A stretch of 32,000 nt of DNA from Promethearchaeota archaeon (GCA_048939625.1 JBHLPH010000010.1:1714-33713); one strand, 5' to 3'. Positions 16,304 to 24,197 are shown, counted from the first letter of the stretch. Program-made: numbers and translations. Notes: generated from the letters alone by a model not told the origin.

Positions 16304-17002
16304 ATGGCACAACGGAAACCCAAGAAGGTCCGGAAACGTCGTGGCTACCGTCAGCATGGATATGGACGAATAGGTCAACACCGCAAAGGTGGCCAACGGG
16401 GTGGTAAAGGTAAAACCGGTGGCAAGAAACATGACTGGACCTACGTCACCGCCCATGATCCCAATCGCTTTGGAAAACATGGGTTCCATCGTCAAGACGA
16501 GCTCCGTCAATCACACACGACTATTAATGTTGGAGACATTGTCCGAAATCTCTCCCACTTCACAGAGGGCAAGGCCTCCACTAAAGCTGCTCCTATCTCT
16601 ATCGATCTAGCTGCTCATGGTTATGATAAAGTGCTTGGTGCAGGTCGAATCAGTATTCCCCTCACTATTTCTGCCCCGCTTTTCACTCACCGAGCCGCGG
16701 AAAAAATTAAGGCTGCGGGAGGGAAAATCAAAGGGACTGTGCAGGATCCAACCAAACACACGGCGCCTTCTTTGCGAGAACCTCCGAAACCTTCACCAAA
16801 ACCAAAAACCGCACGCGTTACTAAACCTAAAGTTAAACCCAAGAAAGCAATCAAGGCTAAGTCCAAGTCTGCAACCAAAACGAAACCGAAATCTAAGGCA
16901 AAGACTACAACGAAAAAAGCTGCTTCAAAAGCGAAGTCTAAATCAGCTTCGAAACCAAAAGCGAAACGAGCGACAGCTACAAAAGGAAAAGCGAAGACCT
17001 GA
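16304..17002 (+). CDS. rpl15: 50S ribosomal protein uL15 with a ~75-aa Lys/Pro/Ser/Thr/Ala-rich C-terminal extension
   Basis: MAQRKPKKVRKRRGYRQHGYGRIGQHRKGGQRGGKGKTGG... The tail is REPPKPSPKPKTARVTKPKVKPKK...KPKAKRATATKGKAKT. An alternative ATG lies at 16298; the ORF-track start at 16178 lies inside the Hsp20 gene. Confidence 0.92.
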   Translation: MAQRKPKKVRKRRGYRQHGYGRIGQHRKGGQRGGKGKTGGKKHDWTYVTAHDPNRFGKHGFHRQDELRQSHTTINVGDIVRNLSHFTEGKASTKAAPISIDLAAHGYDKVLGAGRISIPLTISAPLFTHRAAEKIKAAGGKIKGTVQDPTKHTAPSLREPPKPSPKPKTARVTKPKVKPKKAIKAKSKSATKTKPKSKAKTTTKKAASKAKSKSASKPKAKRATATKGKAKT

Positions 17003-17053
17003 ACCAAAACATAATTAAACTGCAATTACCTCCGCAGTTCAACTTCGACACGG

Positions 17054-17062
17054 ATTTATTTA
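17054..17062 (+). promoter_or_regulatory. Putative TATA box (atttattta) ~26 nt upstream of the secY ATG, which would imply a leaderless secY mRNA
   Basis: The box is centred near 17058 and the ATG is at 17084. No SD-like sequence lies between them. Confidence 0.3.
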
Positions 17063-17083
17063 GAATATTGTGGGGCAAAAGGC

Positions 17084-18619
17084 ATGAGTCGATTTCTCAA
17101 CGCGCTGCGTCCATTGATTCGTATCATGCCTGAGGTCAAGGCACCTGACCGGAAGGTTTCCTTCCGGGAAAAAGTAATCTGGACAGCTGTAATCCTCGTT
17201 CTCTATCTGATCATGGCTAGCCTGCCACTTTATGGAATTAGTCTACAACTAGGATTTGACTACTTTTTCTGGCTCCGGACTATCCTTGCCTCTTCACGTG
17301 GAACCCTCATGGAACTCGGTATCGGTCCCATTGTGACTGCCGGGCTCATCATGCAGCTCCTCGTGGGCTCCCAGCTCATCCGCGTCGACATGTCCGATCC
17401 TTATCAGCGTTCGCTCTACACAGGCGCCCAGAAAGTCCTCGCCGTCTTAATGACCGCATTCCAAGCTTTCGCCTACATTTTCGCAGGCGCCTATGGGCAA
17501 GTTCCTTCGCAATTAAGGTACGATCAGGCTGTTCTCGTCTTTATCCAACTTATGTTCGCTGGCATCGTCGTTATCATGATGGATGAAGCTATCCAGAAAG
17601 GCTGGGGACTTGGGAGTGGTGTTAGCCTCTTCATCATGGCCAACGTTTGTACCCAAATCCTCTGGGGAATGTTTTCAATAGCACCTGCACAAAATTTGGA
17701 TCTTCCCAGTGCTCCGCTTGGATTTACGGGCATCATCCCATATTGGATTCAGAACTTGGGTGGCTGGTCTGTCAATGATTGGAATCTGGGGGTCGTCTTC
17801 AATCCAGATACTAATCCTGCTGGTTTCATCGCTGACCCTGTTACTATCTGGTTCAGACCGCAAAATCCCCGCTCTAGCATGCTCGGTCTCTTTACTACAT
17901 TCATCACCTTCGTCCTCGTCATCTACATGGAATCCTACCGTGTGAATATTCCGCTTCAATACGCCCGCTATCGTGGATTCCGTGGGCAGTATCCCATCAA
18001 ACTCCTTTACGTCTCCAATATCCCCGTTATCTTTACTCAAGCCCTGTATGCCAACATCCTCTTCATCACCCAAATCCTATGGGTTCAACTCCCGTGGCTC
18101 CAAACCTCCTTTTGGTTTAACCTCATCGCTAGCTATACGGCAGCCCCTGGTGGAGGAAACTACTTGGTTCCCGATCCATACTGTTTCGTTTGGTTCCTCA
18201 CACCCCCCATTGGCATCCTTTCCCTCCTTGACACTGGTGGATGGATCCGTGCCATCGGTTATGCCCTCCTCCTCATCGTCTTCTGTGCAGGTTTCGCCCG
18301 ACTTTGGATTGATGTCTCCGGCATCTCACCACGAGATGTCTCTCGCCAACTCATCGGCGCTGGCATGCAAGTACCTGGCTTCCGCCGTTCACCCCAAGTC
18401 ATCGAAAAAATCCTCAATCGCTACATTCCTACGGTAGCCCTCCTCGGTGGCATCATTGTAGGTGGACTCGCCGCGTTCGCCGACTTTCTCGGCGCTCTCA
18501 CCACTGGTATCGGAATACTTCTTGCTGTAGGCATTATGCGGCAATACTTCGAGTTGCTTGCGAAGGAGCAATTGGGTGAGATGCATCCAATGATGCGTGG
18601 TCTCCTTGGCGTTGGATAA
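17084..18619 (+). CDS. secY: Protein translocase subunit SecY
   Basis: 511 aa and polytopic. The N-terminus has the SecY signature (PEVKAPDRKVSFREKVIWTAVILVLYLIMASLPLYG, ...SSRGTLMELGIGPIVTAGLIMQLL). It sits at the conserved position after uL15. Confidence 0.95.
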   Translation: MSRFLNALRPLIRIMPEVKAPDRKVSFREKVIWTAVILVLYLIMASLPLYGISLQLGFDYFFWLRTILASSRGTLMELGIGPIVTAGLIMQLLVGSQLIRVDMSDPYQRSLYTGAQKVLAVLMTAFQAFAYIFAGAYGQVPSQLRYDQAVLVFIQLMFAGIVVIMMDEAIQKGWGLGSGVSLFIMANVCTQILWGMFSIAPAQNLDLPSAPLGFTGIIPYWIQNLGGWSVNDWNLGVVFNPDTNPAGFIADPVTIWFRPQNPRSSMLGLFTTFITFVLVIYMESYRVNIPLQYARYRGFRGQYPIKLLYVSNIPVIFTQALYANILFITQILWVQLPWLQTSFWFNLIASYTAAPGGGNYLVPDPYCFVWFLTPPIGILSLLDTGGWIRAIGYALLLIVFCAGFARLWIDVSGISPRDVSRQLIGAGMQVPGFRRSPQVIEKILNRYIPTVALLGGIIVGGLAAFADFLGALTTGIGILLAVGIMRQYFELLAKEQLGEMHPMMRGLLGVG

Positions 18620-18726
18620 CCTAGGGAATTTTCCATGTATGGATATTAGGTCTGGACCTGTTGTGGGCTCGAAAAGCTCTTAAGGTTGTGACAGTGAGTG
18701 TGCCCGTTCAGGTGGAGGTCTGTTGA

Positions 18727-19314
18727 TTGCAAGTGCGTAAGGTCGTTGTAGTCAGTGGCGTGCCCGGTGTTGGCAAAACCACCGTGGTGACCGATGCGAT
18801 TCGTAAGGTTGAGAACCGTCTCAACGTTTCACTAATAACCTATGGTTCTGTGATGTTTGAGATTGCGCAAAAGAAGCGACTTGTCGAGAATCGTGATGAA
18901 CTACGAAGATTGCCTGTGAAAAAACAGCGTGAGGTTCAAAAACTCGCTGGCGAGCGTATCGCAGCAATGAGTAAAACTCAAGTCGTAATCGTCGATACCC
19001 ATACTTTAATTCAAACTGCTGATGGTGGATTTCTAATAGGGTTACCAAAATGGGTAGCAGAAGCCATCCGTCCTGCCTCCATTGTGCTCGTAGAAGCCGA
19101 TCCAAAGAACATTGCTTCTCGACGCGCTAAGGATCCGACCCGTACACGGGATGAGCAGTTGATCGACAACATTGCAGCACATCAGTTGTTATGTCGTTCA
19201 GCGGCAGTGGCGGTAGGAACTCTAACAGGGGCAACCGTAATGATTCTTAAGAACATAGAGGGTAAATCTGAGGAAGCAGCGACCGCCTTTGCCGAGTTAC
19301 TGTTAAAAGTGTGA
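18727..19314 (+). CDS. adkA: Adenylate kinase, archaeal type
   Basis: 195 aa with the P-loop VVVSGVPGVGKTTV. It sits at the conserved secY-adk position. The start is TTG 18727 or GTG 18733. Confidence 0.88.
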   Translation: MQVRKVVVVSGVPGVGKTTVVTDAIRKVENRLNVSLITYGSVMFEIAQKKRLVENRDELRRLPVKKQREVQKLAGERIAAMSKTQVVIVDTHTLIQTADGGFLIGLPKWVAEAIRPASIVLVEADPKNIASRRAKDPTRTRDEQLIDNIAAHQLLCRSAAVAVGTLTGATVMILKNIEGKSEEAATAFAELLLKV

Positions 19315-19964
19315 TAGCCGTGCAGAGTATTTTCATCGATATTGCTGTAGCCATTCGCAATGCCTTAGGTCCATGGGCGTATCCGCCTCTATCGTCAGTT
19401 GTAGTGCTGCTGGTTAGCATCATTATTTCCCTGACTTCAAACCTAGTCAATCGACATTTCATCGATTATGATCGCTTGAAACGGTCACGGGAAGAGATTA
19501 ACAAGTACAATGAAATGAAGAAAAAGGTCAAAGAGGAGACTGATCCCAAAGCCCGGCGAAAATTGGAACTCAAGATTAAACGTCGCGAACGGTATATTAT
19601 GAAATTACAAGGTGATGTAAGCAAGCAGTCATTCATTCCTATGCTGGTTACAATTATCCCTTTCATGTTGGTGTATACCATCATGAACGGCGTCTTTGTT
19701 GATCCTGGCCTGGCATTTCCTTCTGCTGCGGTTCCTGCTCCTGTGATTTGGTCTCCTCTTAACTTCGGTCAGCTTCTAGGACCCTTTGGTCTGGGTTTCG
19801 GATGGCAATATGGGCAATGGGTCGATACAGGGCTGTATTTCCCTGGAGTGCCCCTCGGTGGAATGGGATTACTCTACATCTATTGGTATATCATTTGTAG
19901 CTTCACAATGAACCTCATTATTCAGAAATTCCTTGGCACAACCATGACCACCGGCTTATCGTAA
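19311..19964 (+). CDS. DUF106 / EMC3-TMCO1-like membrane protein (archaeal Oxa1-superfamily insertase candidate)
   Basis: 217 aa with a TM helix, then a charged coiled-coil (DRLKRSREEINKYNEMKKKVKEETDPKARRKLELKIKRRERYIMKLQ), then further TM helices. It sits at the conserved adk-DUF106-cmk position in archaea. Confidence 0.75.
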   Translation: MIAVQSIFIDIAVAIRNALGPWAYPPLSSVVVLLVSIIISLTSNLVNRHFIDYDRLKRSREEINKYNEMKKKVKEETDPKARRKLELKIKRRERYIMKLQGDVSKQSFIPMLVTIIPFMLVYTIMNGVFVDPGLAFPSAAVPAPVIWSPLNFGQLLGPFGLGFGWQYGQWVDTGLYFPGVPLGGMGLLYIYWYIICSFTMNLIIQKFLGTTMTTGLS

Positions 19965-19982
19965 TCTCGGACGTGTATTGTC

Positions 19983-20537
19983 GTGGACTTGTCAATTGCG
20001 GTCAGTGGCATGCACGGAGCAGGCACTACCACGGTTGCCACCGCCCTCGCTGAGGCCTTTAATCTCCGATACATCTCCGCTGGAATGATTTTTCGCCAAC
20101 TCGCAAAAGAAAAAGGAATCTCCTTGGCGGAATTAAGTAAAATCGCTGAAGATAATCCTCAAATCGATCAAGAAATTGATGATCGAACCCAACACGAAGC
20201 AGAAGCTGGCAACGTAGTTATTGATGCCTATATTGCTGGTTGGGTTGCCCGAAGGCACGCTGATATTGCCATCTACCTTCACGCACCATTGGAGATTCGT
20301 GCTCTCCGCATTGCAGAACGGGAATCTCGGAATTACGAAGAAATCCTAGAAGAAACGCAAATTCGCGAAAATAGTGAAAGAAGCCGGTTCCGGGAGTTTT
20401 ATGGCATAGATGTCACAGACACCCGGCTTTTTGATCTCGTACTTAACACCGAGCACTTCAACGCTGTTGCTACGATAAGTATTTGTACCGCAGCTGTAAA
20501 GGCGTATCTTGCGTCCTCCGGGACGACAACCGAATGA
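19983..20537 (+). CDS. cmk: Cytidylate kinase, archaeal type
   Basis: 184 aa: IAVSGMHGAGTTTVATALAEAFNLRYISAGMIFRQLAKEKG... It has a GTG start. Confidence 0.88.
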   Translation: MDLSIAVSGMHGAGTTTVATALAEAFNLRYISAGMIFRQLAKEKGISLAELSKIAEDNPQIDQEIDDRTQHEAEAGNVVIDAYIAGWVARRHADIAIYLHAPLEIRALRIAERESRNYEEILEETQIRENSERSRFREFYGIDVTDTRLFDLVLNTEHFNAVATISICTAAVKAYLASSGTTTE

Positions 20538-20589
20538 TGTTGTGGTGGCAACACCCAGCTGACTGTCAACCGGTGGAGGAAACATCCCC

Positions 20590-20865
20590 ATGAGTCTAGT
20601 TGAAGTTGGAAGAGTTTGCGTGAAAACGCGCGGTCGAGAGACCGGAAAGAAATGTGTTGTTGTTGAACGTGTGGACAAAAATTTCGTCCTTGTATCCGGA
20701 CCCCAAGAAATTTCTGGAGTCCGTCGTCGCCGAGTGAACGTCGACCATTTGGATCCGACGAAAAAGAAAGTCGACATCAAAGCTGGTGCAGAAGACGCTG
20801 CCATTGTGAAGGCTATCAAGGACGCTAAACTTACACCGTTCATGAAAGAAGCTGGAAAAGAATAA
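20590..20865 (+). CDS. rpl14e: 50S ribosomal protein eL14
   Basis: 91 aa with a KOW-like N-terminus: VEVGRVCVKTRGRETGKKCVVVERVDKNFVLVSGP. Confidence 0.88.
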   Translation: MSLVEVGRVCVKTRGRETGKKCVVVERVDKNFVLVSGPQEISGVRRRRVNVDHLDPTKKKVDIKAGAEDAAIVKAIKDAKLTPFMKEAGKE

Positions 20866-20899
20866 CACACCGCTCCCTGTACGGGAGTTGAGGAGGACA

Positions 20900-21046
20900 T
20901 TGGATCTGACAAAATCGCGGCTGCCTGCAGATAAGAAACGGAAATTAGTAACGCGAGCTGAAGACACCACAAACCCTACTTATGGTCGGATTCCTGCGAA
21001 GCGAACTATCCTGGAATTATTCCAGGATGGCATCATTAACCTGGAT
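20900..21046 (+). CDS. cbf5: tRNA/rRNA pseudouridine synthase Cbf5, exon 1 (49 codons)
   Basis: TTG 20900 follows GGAGG at 20892-20896. The translation is (M)DLTKSRLPADKKRKLVTRAEDTTNPTYGRIPAKRTILELFQDGIINLD, which is colinear with Cbf5 N-termini as I remember them (..ILPADIKREVLIK..ETNP.WG..P.KR.I......GVINLDKPPGPTSHEVV). If read through, this frame hits TAA at 21056-21058. Confidence 0.85.
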
Positions 21047-21086
21047 AGCTTGGCTTAAGGGGTTTCAACCCTTTCCAAACCCAGAA
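21047..21086 (+). other. Predicted 40-nt bulge-helix-loop (relaxed BHB) intron in the cbf5 mRNA
   Basis: The central 4-bp helix is c21041-g21084, u42-a83, g43-c82, g44-c81. The 5' 3-nt bulge is a45 u46 a47. The inner helix is g48:c80, u50:a78, u51:a77, g52:c76, g53:c75, with a c49/a79 mismatch. The apical stem is a57-g61 : c69-u73 with a 7-nt loop. The 3' site lies in the aaa at 21085-87. Cleavage after the 2nd bulge nucleotide gives 21046|21047 and 21086|21087. That removes 40 nt (a +1 frame change) and joins ...INLD to KPPGPTSHEVV. I found no outer helix, so the motif is relaxed. Confidence 0.7.
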
Positions 21087-21959
21087 AAACCACCAGGACC
21101 GACCAGTCACGAAGTAGTGTCTTGGATCAAACGCATTCTAGCCATATCTCGTGCAGGCCATTCGGGAACATTGGATCCCCAAGTCACAGGTGTACTCCCA
21201 GTTATGTTAGGGAATGCCACAAAAATTGCCAATGCCCTGCTAACGTCAGGTAAAGAATACATTTGCATAATGCGCCTTCATCGGCAAGAAGAACCTCAGA
21301 AGGTTCGGGAAGCTGCCACAGAATTCGTTGGGACAATTTATCAACGTCCGCCTGTCCGTTCTTCAGTAAAGCGACGTGTACGCACACGTCACATCTATTA
21401 TCTGGATATCCTTGAAATCGAGGACCAAAACGTACTCTTTCGTGTTGGATGCCAAGCTGGCACCTATATTCGGAAACTCGTTTATGATCTTGGTGAAGTT
21501 CTCGGCAGTGGAGCCCATATGGCTGAACTCCGACGAACACGCACGGGACCATTCAAAGAAGACAATACGTTAGCAACCTTGTATGATGTTAAGGATGCCT
21601 ATCAGTTTTGGCACGAAGACAAGGATGATCGGCTACTCCGGCAATATCTACAACCTCTCGAAAATGGCGTCCAACATCTACCCCAAATTATAATTCGAGA
21701 CACAGCAGTGGATGCCATATGTCACGGTGCGAACCTAGCGGTTACCGGAGTGTTACAGCTTCATGACGATATCGAACCAGGTGATTACGTTGCGCTGATG
21801 ACCTTGAAGGGTGAGTTGGTCGCCCTCGGAATTGCTCAACAAAAGAGTCAGCAAATATTACAAGCTTCATCAGGGATTGTAGCAGATACCAAGCGGGTTG
21901 TGTTAGCAGCAGGAACCTATCCATCCAGTTGGCGAAAAAAAACTAAAGACACTGGCTAA
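21087..21959 (+). CDS. cbf5: Pseudouridine synthase Cbf5, exon 2 (TruB catalytic domain plus PUA domain)
   Basis: KPPGPTSHEVVSWIKRIL..AGHSGTLDPQVTGVLPV...YQRPPVRSSVKRRVRTR...GTYIRKL...GAHMAELRRTRTGPF... followed by a C-terminal PUA-like region. The spliced product is 339 aa. Confidence 0.92.
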   Translation, partial: KPPGPTSHEVVSWIKRILAISRAGHSGTLDPQVTGVLPVMLGNATKIANALLTSGKEYICIMRLHRQEEPQKVREAATEFVGTIYQRPPVRSSVKRRVRTRHIYYLDILEIEDQNVLFRVGCQAGTYIRKLVYDLGEVLGSGAHMAELRRTRTGPFKEDNTLATLYDVKDAYQFWHEDKDDRLLRQYLQPLENGVQHLPQIIIRDTAVDAICHGANLAVTGVLQLHDDIEPGDYVALMTLKGELVALGIAQQKSQQILQASSGIVADTKRVVLAAGTYPSSWRKKTKDTG

Positions 21960-21984
21960 CAAACACCTTTTAGGAAAAATATAA

Positions 21985-22100
21985 TGGCGCCGCGGACGAG
22001 ATTCGAACTCGTGCGACCCGAGAGTCACAGGCTATATGAGCATCGCCAAATTAGTGACGAGATTCCAGGCCTGCGCCGTAAACCACTTGGCTACCGCGGC
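21985..22100 (-). tRNA. tRNA-Ser (anticodon GGA), class II with a long variable arm, an encoded CCA and a 29-nt anticodon-loop intron
   Basis: The minus-strand read is GCCGCGG-TA-GCCA-AGTGGTTTA-CGGC-G-CAGGC-CTGGAA[29 nt]A-GCCTG-TGACTCTCGGGTCGC-ACGAG-TTCGAAT-CTCGT-CCGCGGC-G-CCA. It has a 7-bp acceptor stem, a canonical T arm, discriminator G73, a 15-nt variable arm (GACT/GGTC stem), and the anticodon at 22064-22066. The mature length is 87 nt. Confidence 0.85.
22034..22062 (-). other. Intron of tRNA-Ser(GGA), with boundaries assuming the canonical 37/38 position
   Basis: 36 nt lie between the anticodon-stem strands where 7 are expected. Excising TCTCGTCACTAATTTGGCGATGCTCATAT leaves the loop CUGGAAA. 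The exact boundaries are not confirmed because I could not fold a strict BHB. Confidence 0.5.
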
Positions 22101-22123
22101 TCGCGAGTTCCTTCAGAAGCGTG

Positions 22124-22135
22124 CTTATTAAAGAT
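22124..22135 (-). promoter_or_regulatory. Putative TATA box for the tRNA-Ser gene (minus-strand atctttaataag)
   Basis: An A/T-rich box centred ~29 nt upstream of the tRNA 5' end at 22100. Confidence 0.4.
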
Positions 22136-22198
22136 TTAGTTACAACTTCCTTTCTTTGTGTGCTAGAATTACCTCAAAAGGATTCGGACTTTGGCAAC

Positions 22199-22209
22199 AC
22201 ATTTAAAAG
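22199..22209 (+). promoter_or_regulatory. Putative TATA box (catttaaaagc) for the uS13 operon
   Basis: It lies ~60 nt upstream of the uS13 start, and GAGGTG at 22253-22258 serves as the SD. Confidence 0.35.
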
Positions 22210-22264
22210 CGGTTCTGTATTTCGATTGCGATAGCTCAGAGCTAGTGCTACTTGAGGTGCTAAC

Positions 22265-22720
22265 TTGTCGTCGTCATATCGATACATAATCCGAGTTGCT
22301 CGTACCGACCTCGATGGAAGCCTAAAACTTGACAGAGCTTTAAGCAATGTCAAAGGAGTTGGTCGAAGGCTAGCCCGTGCCATAGTTGAGGCTGCAGGGC
22401 TTAATCCAGATCAACGGACAGGATATATCACCGACCAGGATGTTGCCAAAATCGAGGAAGTACTTGAAGCTCCTGGAAAATTTGGTATTCCTTTCTGGAT
22501 GCTGAATCGTCAAAAGGATATGGCTTCTGGGCAAAATAAGCATCTCATTGGCGCAGACCTTGACTTTCAACTGAAAATGGACATTGACCACATGATGAAG
22601 ACAAAGAGCTGGAAGGGTATCCGACATGGACTCGGATTAAAGGTTAGAGGCCAACGAACACGCTGTACCGGGCGCAGAGGACGAACAGTCGGTGTCACCC
22701 GGAAACGACGGGCTCCCTAG
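22265..22720 (+). CDS. rps13: 30S ribosomal protein uS13
   Basis: 151 aa: YRYIIRVARTDLDGSLKLDRALSNVKGVGRRLARAIVEAAGL... It has a TTG start. Confidence 0.92.
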   Translation: MSSSYRYIIRVARTDLDGSLKLDRALSNVKGVGRRLARAIVEAAGLNPDQRTGYITDQDVAKIEEVLEAPGKFGIPFWMLNRQKDMASGQNKHLIGADLDFQLKMDIDHMMKTKSWKGIRHGLGLKVRGQRTRCTGRRGRTVGVTRKRRAP

Positions 22721-22730
22721 GTGACGAAAT

Positions 22731-23459
22731 ATGGGCGGAATACGCAAACCAAAGAAGAAATACGTTGCACCCGGACATCCCTGGCAGAAGACTCGGTTAG
22801 CCGAAGAACTAATTTATGTAGGTGAATATGGTCTCCGCAATAAACGGGAGCTCTGGAAACACCGAACCCAGCTGACCCATTTCCGTGGCACAGCCCGTGA
22901 TCTTGTGGCCCTTTCCATGGAAGAAAGGGACGTTCGTGAAACTCAACTTCTAAACCGATTGGCTCGACTAGCTCTTATTGATGAGAATTCCCAATTGGAT
23001 GATGTTCTCAATCTGACGATTCGTGACGTCTTAGAACGCCGATTGCAGACGCAGGTGCTACGTCAGGGCTTGGCAAAGACAATGCACCATGCAAGGCAGT
23101 TAATCGTTCACGGTCATATCATACTTGATCAACATCGTGTTACTTCTCCCGGTATGCTCCTTTATCGTGATCAAGAAAAAGCGCTCAAATATGCTACAAA
23201 AAGTCCCTACACTAATCCTCTGCATCCAGAAATTCCAAAAGGCGAAACAGTTGCTCCAGCTCCTGAAGTCCGGGAACCAGTTTCGAAAGAAAAAATTGAA
23301 GTAAAAATCCCTCAAGTCCGTGAAATCAAAGAAGTTGAACTTGAAGAAGAGGTCGACTTAGACGAAGACCTTGCTGAAGAGGAAAACGTTCAGGAAGAAA
23401 CTGAAAAACCGCCTGCAAAGGACCAGAAAGGTGCAGCCAAAGAAAAAGAAACAAAATAA
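22731..23459 (+). CDS. rps4: 30S ribosomal protein uS4 with a ~70-aa acidic / Lys-Glu C-terminal extension
   Basis: MGGIRKPKKKYVAPGHPWQKTRLAEELIYVGEYGLRNKRELWK... with an S4 domain (ARQLIVHGHIILDQHRVTSPG). The tail starts at about nt 23247: APAPEVREPVSKEKIEVKIPQVREIKEVELEEEVDLDEDLAEEENVQEETEKPPAKDQKGAAKEKETK. Confidence 0.93.
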   Translation: MGGIRKPKKKYVAPGHPWQKTRLAEELIYVGEYGLRNKRELWKHRTQLTHFRGTARDLVALSMEERDVRETQLLNRLARLALIDENSQLDDVLNLTIRDVLERRLQTQVLRQGLAKTMHHARQLIVHGHIILDQHRVTSPGMLLYRDQEKALKYATKSPYTNPLHPEIPKGETVAPAPEVREPVSKEKIEVKIPQVREIKEVELEEEVDLDEDLAEEENVQEETEKPPAKDQKGAAKEKETK

Positions 23460-23488
23460 TTGAGTTGGAAACAGAAAGGTGATGGGAA

Positions 23489-24157
23489 ATGGCAAAAGAC
23501 GAGGAAAAGAAACCGGAACCGGAAAAAGCCCCTGAAGAAAAACCTAAGAAAACTCCCAAAGCGAAAGAAGCACCTAAGAAAAAAGCAGAAACCAAAGAGG
23601 CACCCGCTGAACCCACTACAGCAGAGGAACCTTCTAAAGAGAAAAAGCCCGTCAAAGCGAAGAAAAAAGCCAAACCCGAAGCGGAAGAGGAAGAAAAGAA
23701 ACCAACTCGTCGCACTCGAACCCGTTCACCACGTTCAGGTGGGCGCGCTCGCACCCCCACCCCTGTTGATAGTAAGGAAAAATGGGGCGTGGCTCATATT
23801 TACAGTTCCTACAACGATACAATTGTTCATATCACCGATATTACGGGTGCAGAAACGATTGCCCGTGCTTCCGGTGGCATGATAGTCCGCGCGGATCGAG
23901 ACGAAAGTTCTCCCTATGCAGCAATGCAAGCCGCTTTTCGTGCCGCTCGCGCAGCTATGGACAAAGATGTCACTCGAGTCAATATTAAGGTCCGAGCTCC
24001 CGGTGGGCATGGTCCCAAAACTCCTGGGCCTGGGGCTCAAGCAGCCATCCGCGCACTAGCACGTGCTGGTCTTCGAATAGGTCGAATTGAAGAAGTAACC
24101 CCCGTACCTCATGACGGAACACGCCGTCCTGGAGGTCGGAGAGGTCGCAGAGTATAA
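23489..24157 (+). CDS. rps11: 30S ribosomal protein uS11 with a ~95-aa Lys/Glu/Pro/Ala-rich N-terminal extension
   Basis: The core is [34 protein letters not shown]... The extension is [39 protein letters not shown]...[21 protein letters not shown] (nt 23489-23773). AAAGGTGATG lies upstream of the ATG. Confidence 0.92.
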   Translation: MAKDEEKKPEPEKAPEEKPKKTPKAKEAPKKKAETKEAPAEPTTAEEPSKEKKPVKAKKKAKPEAEEEEKKPTRRTRTRSPRSGGRARTPTPVDSKEKWGVAHIYSSYNDTIVHITDITGAETIARASGGMIVRADRDESSPYAAMQAAFRAARAAMDKDVTRVNIKVRAPGGHGPKTPGPGAQAAIRALARAGLRIGRIEEVTPVPHDGTRRPGGRRGRRV

Positions 24158-24197
24158 TGGTGATTATCACTGGGCATCAACAAGAGGTGAACTGAAA

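Noticed and set aside
20900-21959. cbf5 as a frameshifted pseudogene, or a sequencing indel
   Set aside because: The disruption is a 40-nt insertion rather than a 1-2 nt indel. Both halves are otherwise intact and conserved. The insert also folds into a helix-bulge-helix whose rule-based cleavage sites give the exact conserved junction. The pseudogene reading remains the formal alternative if no splicing is detected.
22225-22250. A tRNA-like fragment (gcgatagctcagagctagtgc, resembling an acceptor/D-arm) upstream of uS13
   Set aside because: Only a D-arm-like palindrome (tagct-cag-agcta) is present. No anticodon arm, T arm or matching acceptor 3' strand follows, so it is more likely a small leader hairpin or chance.
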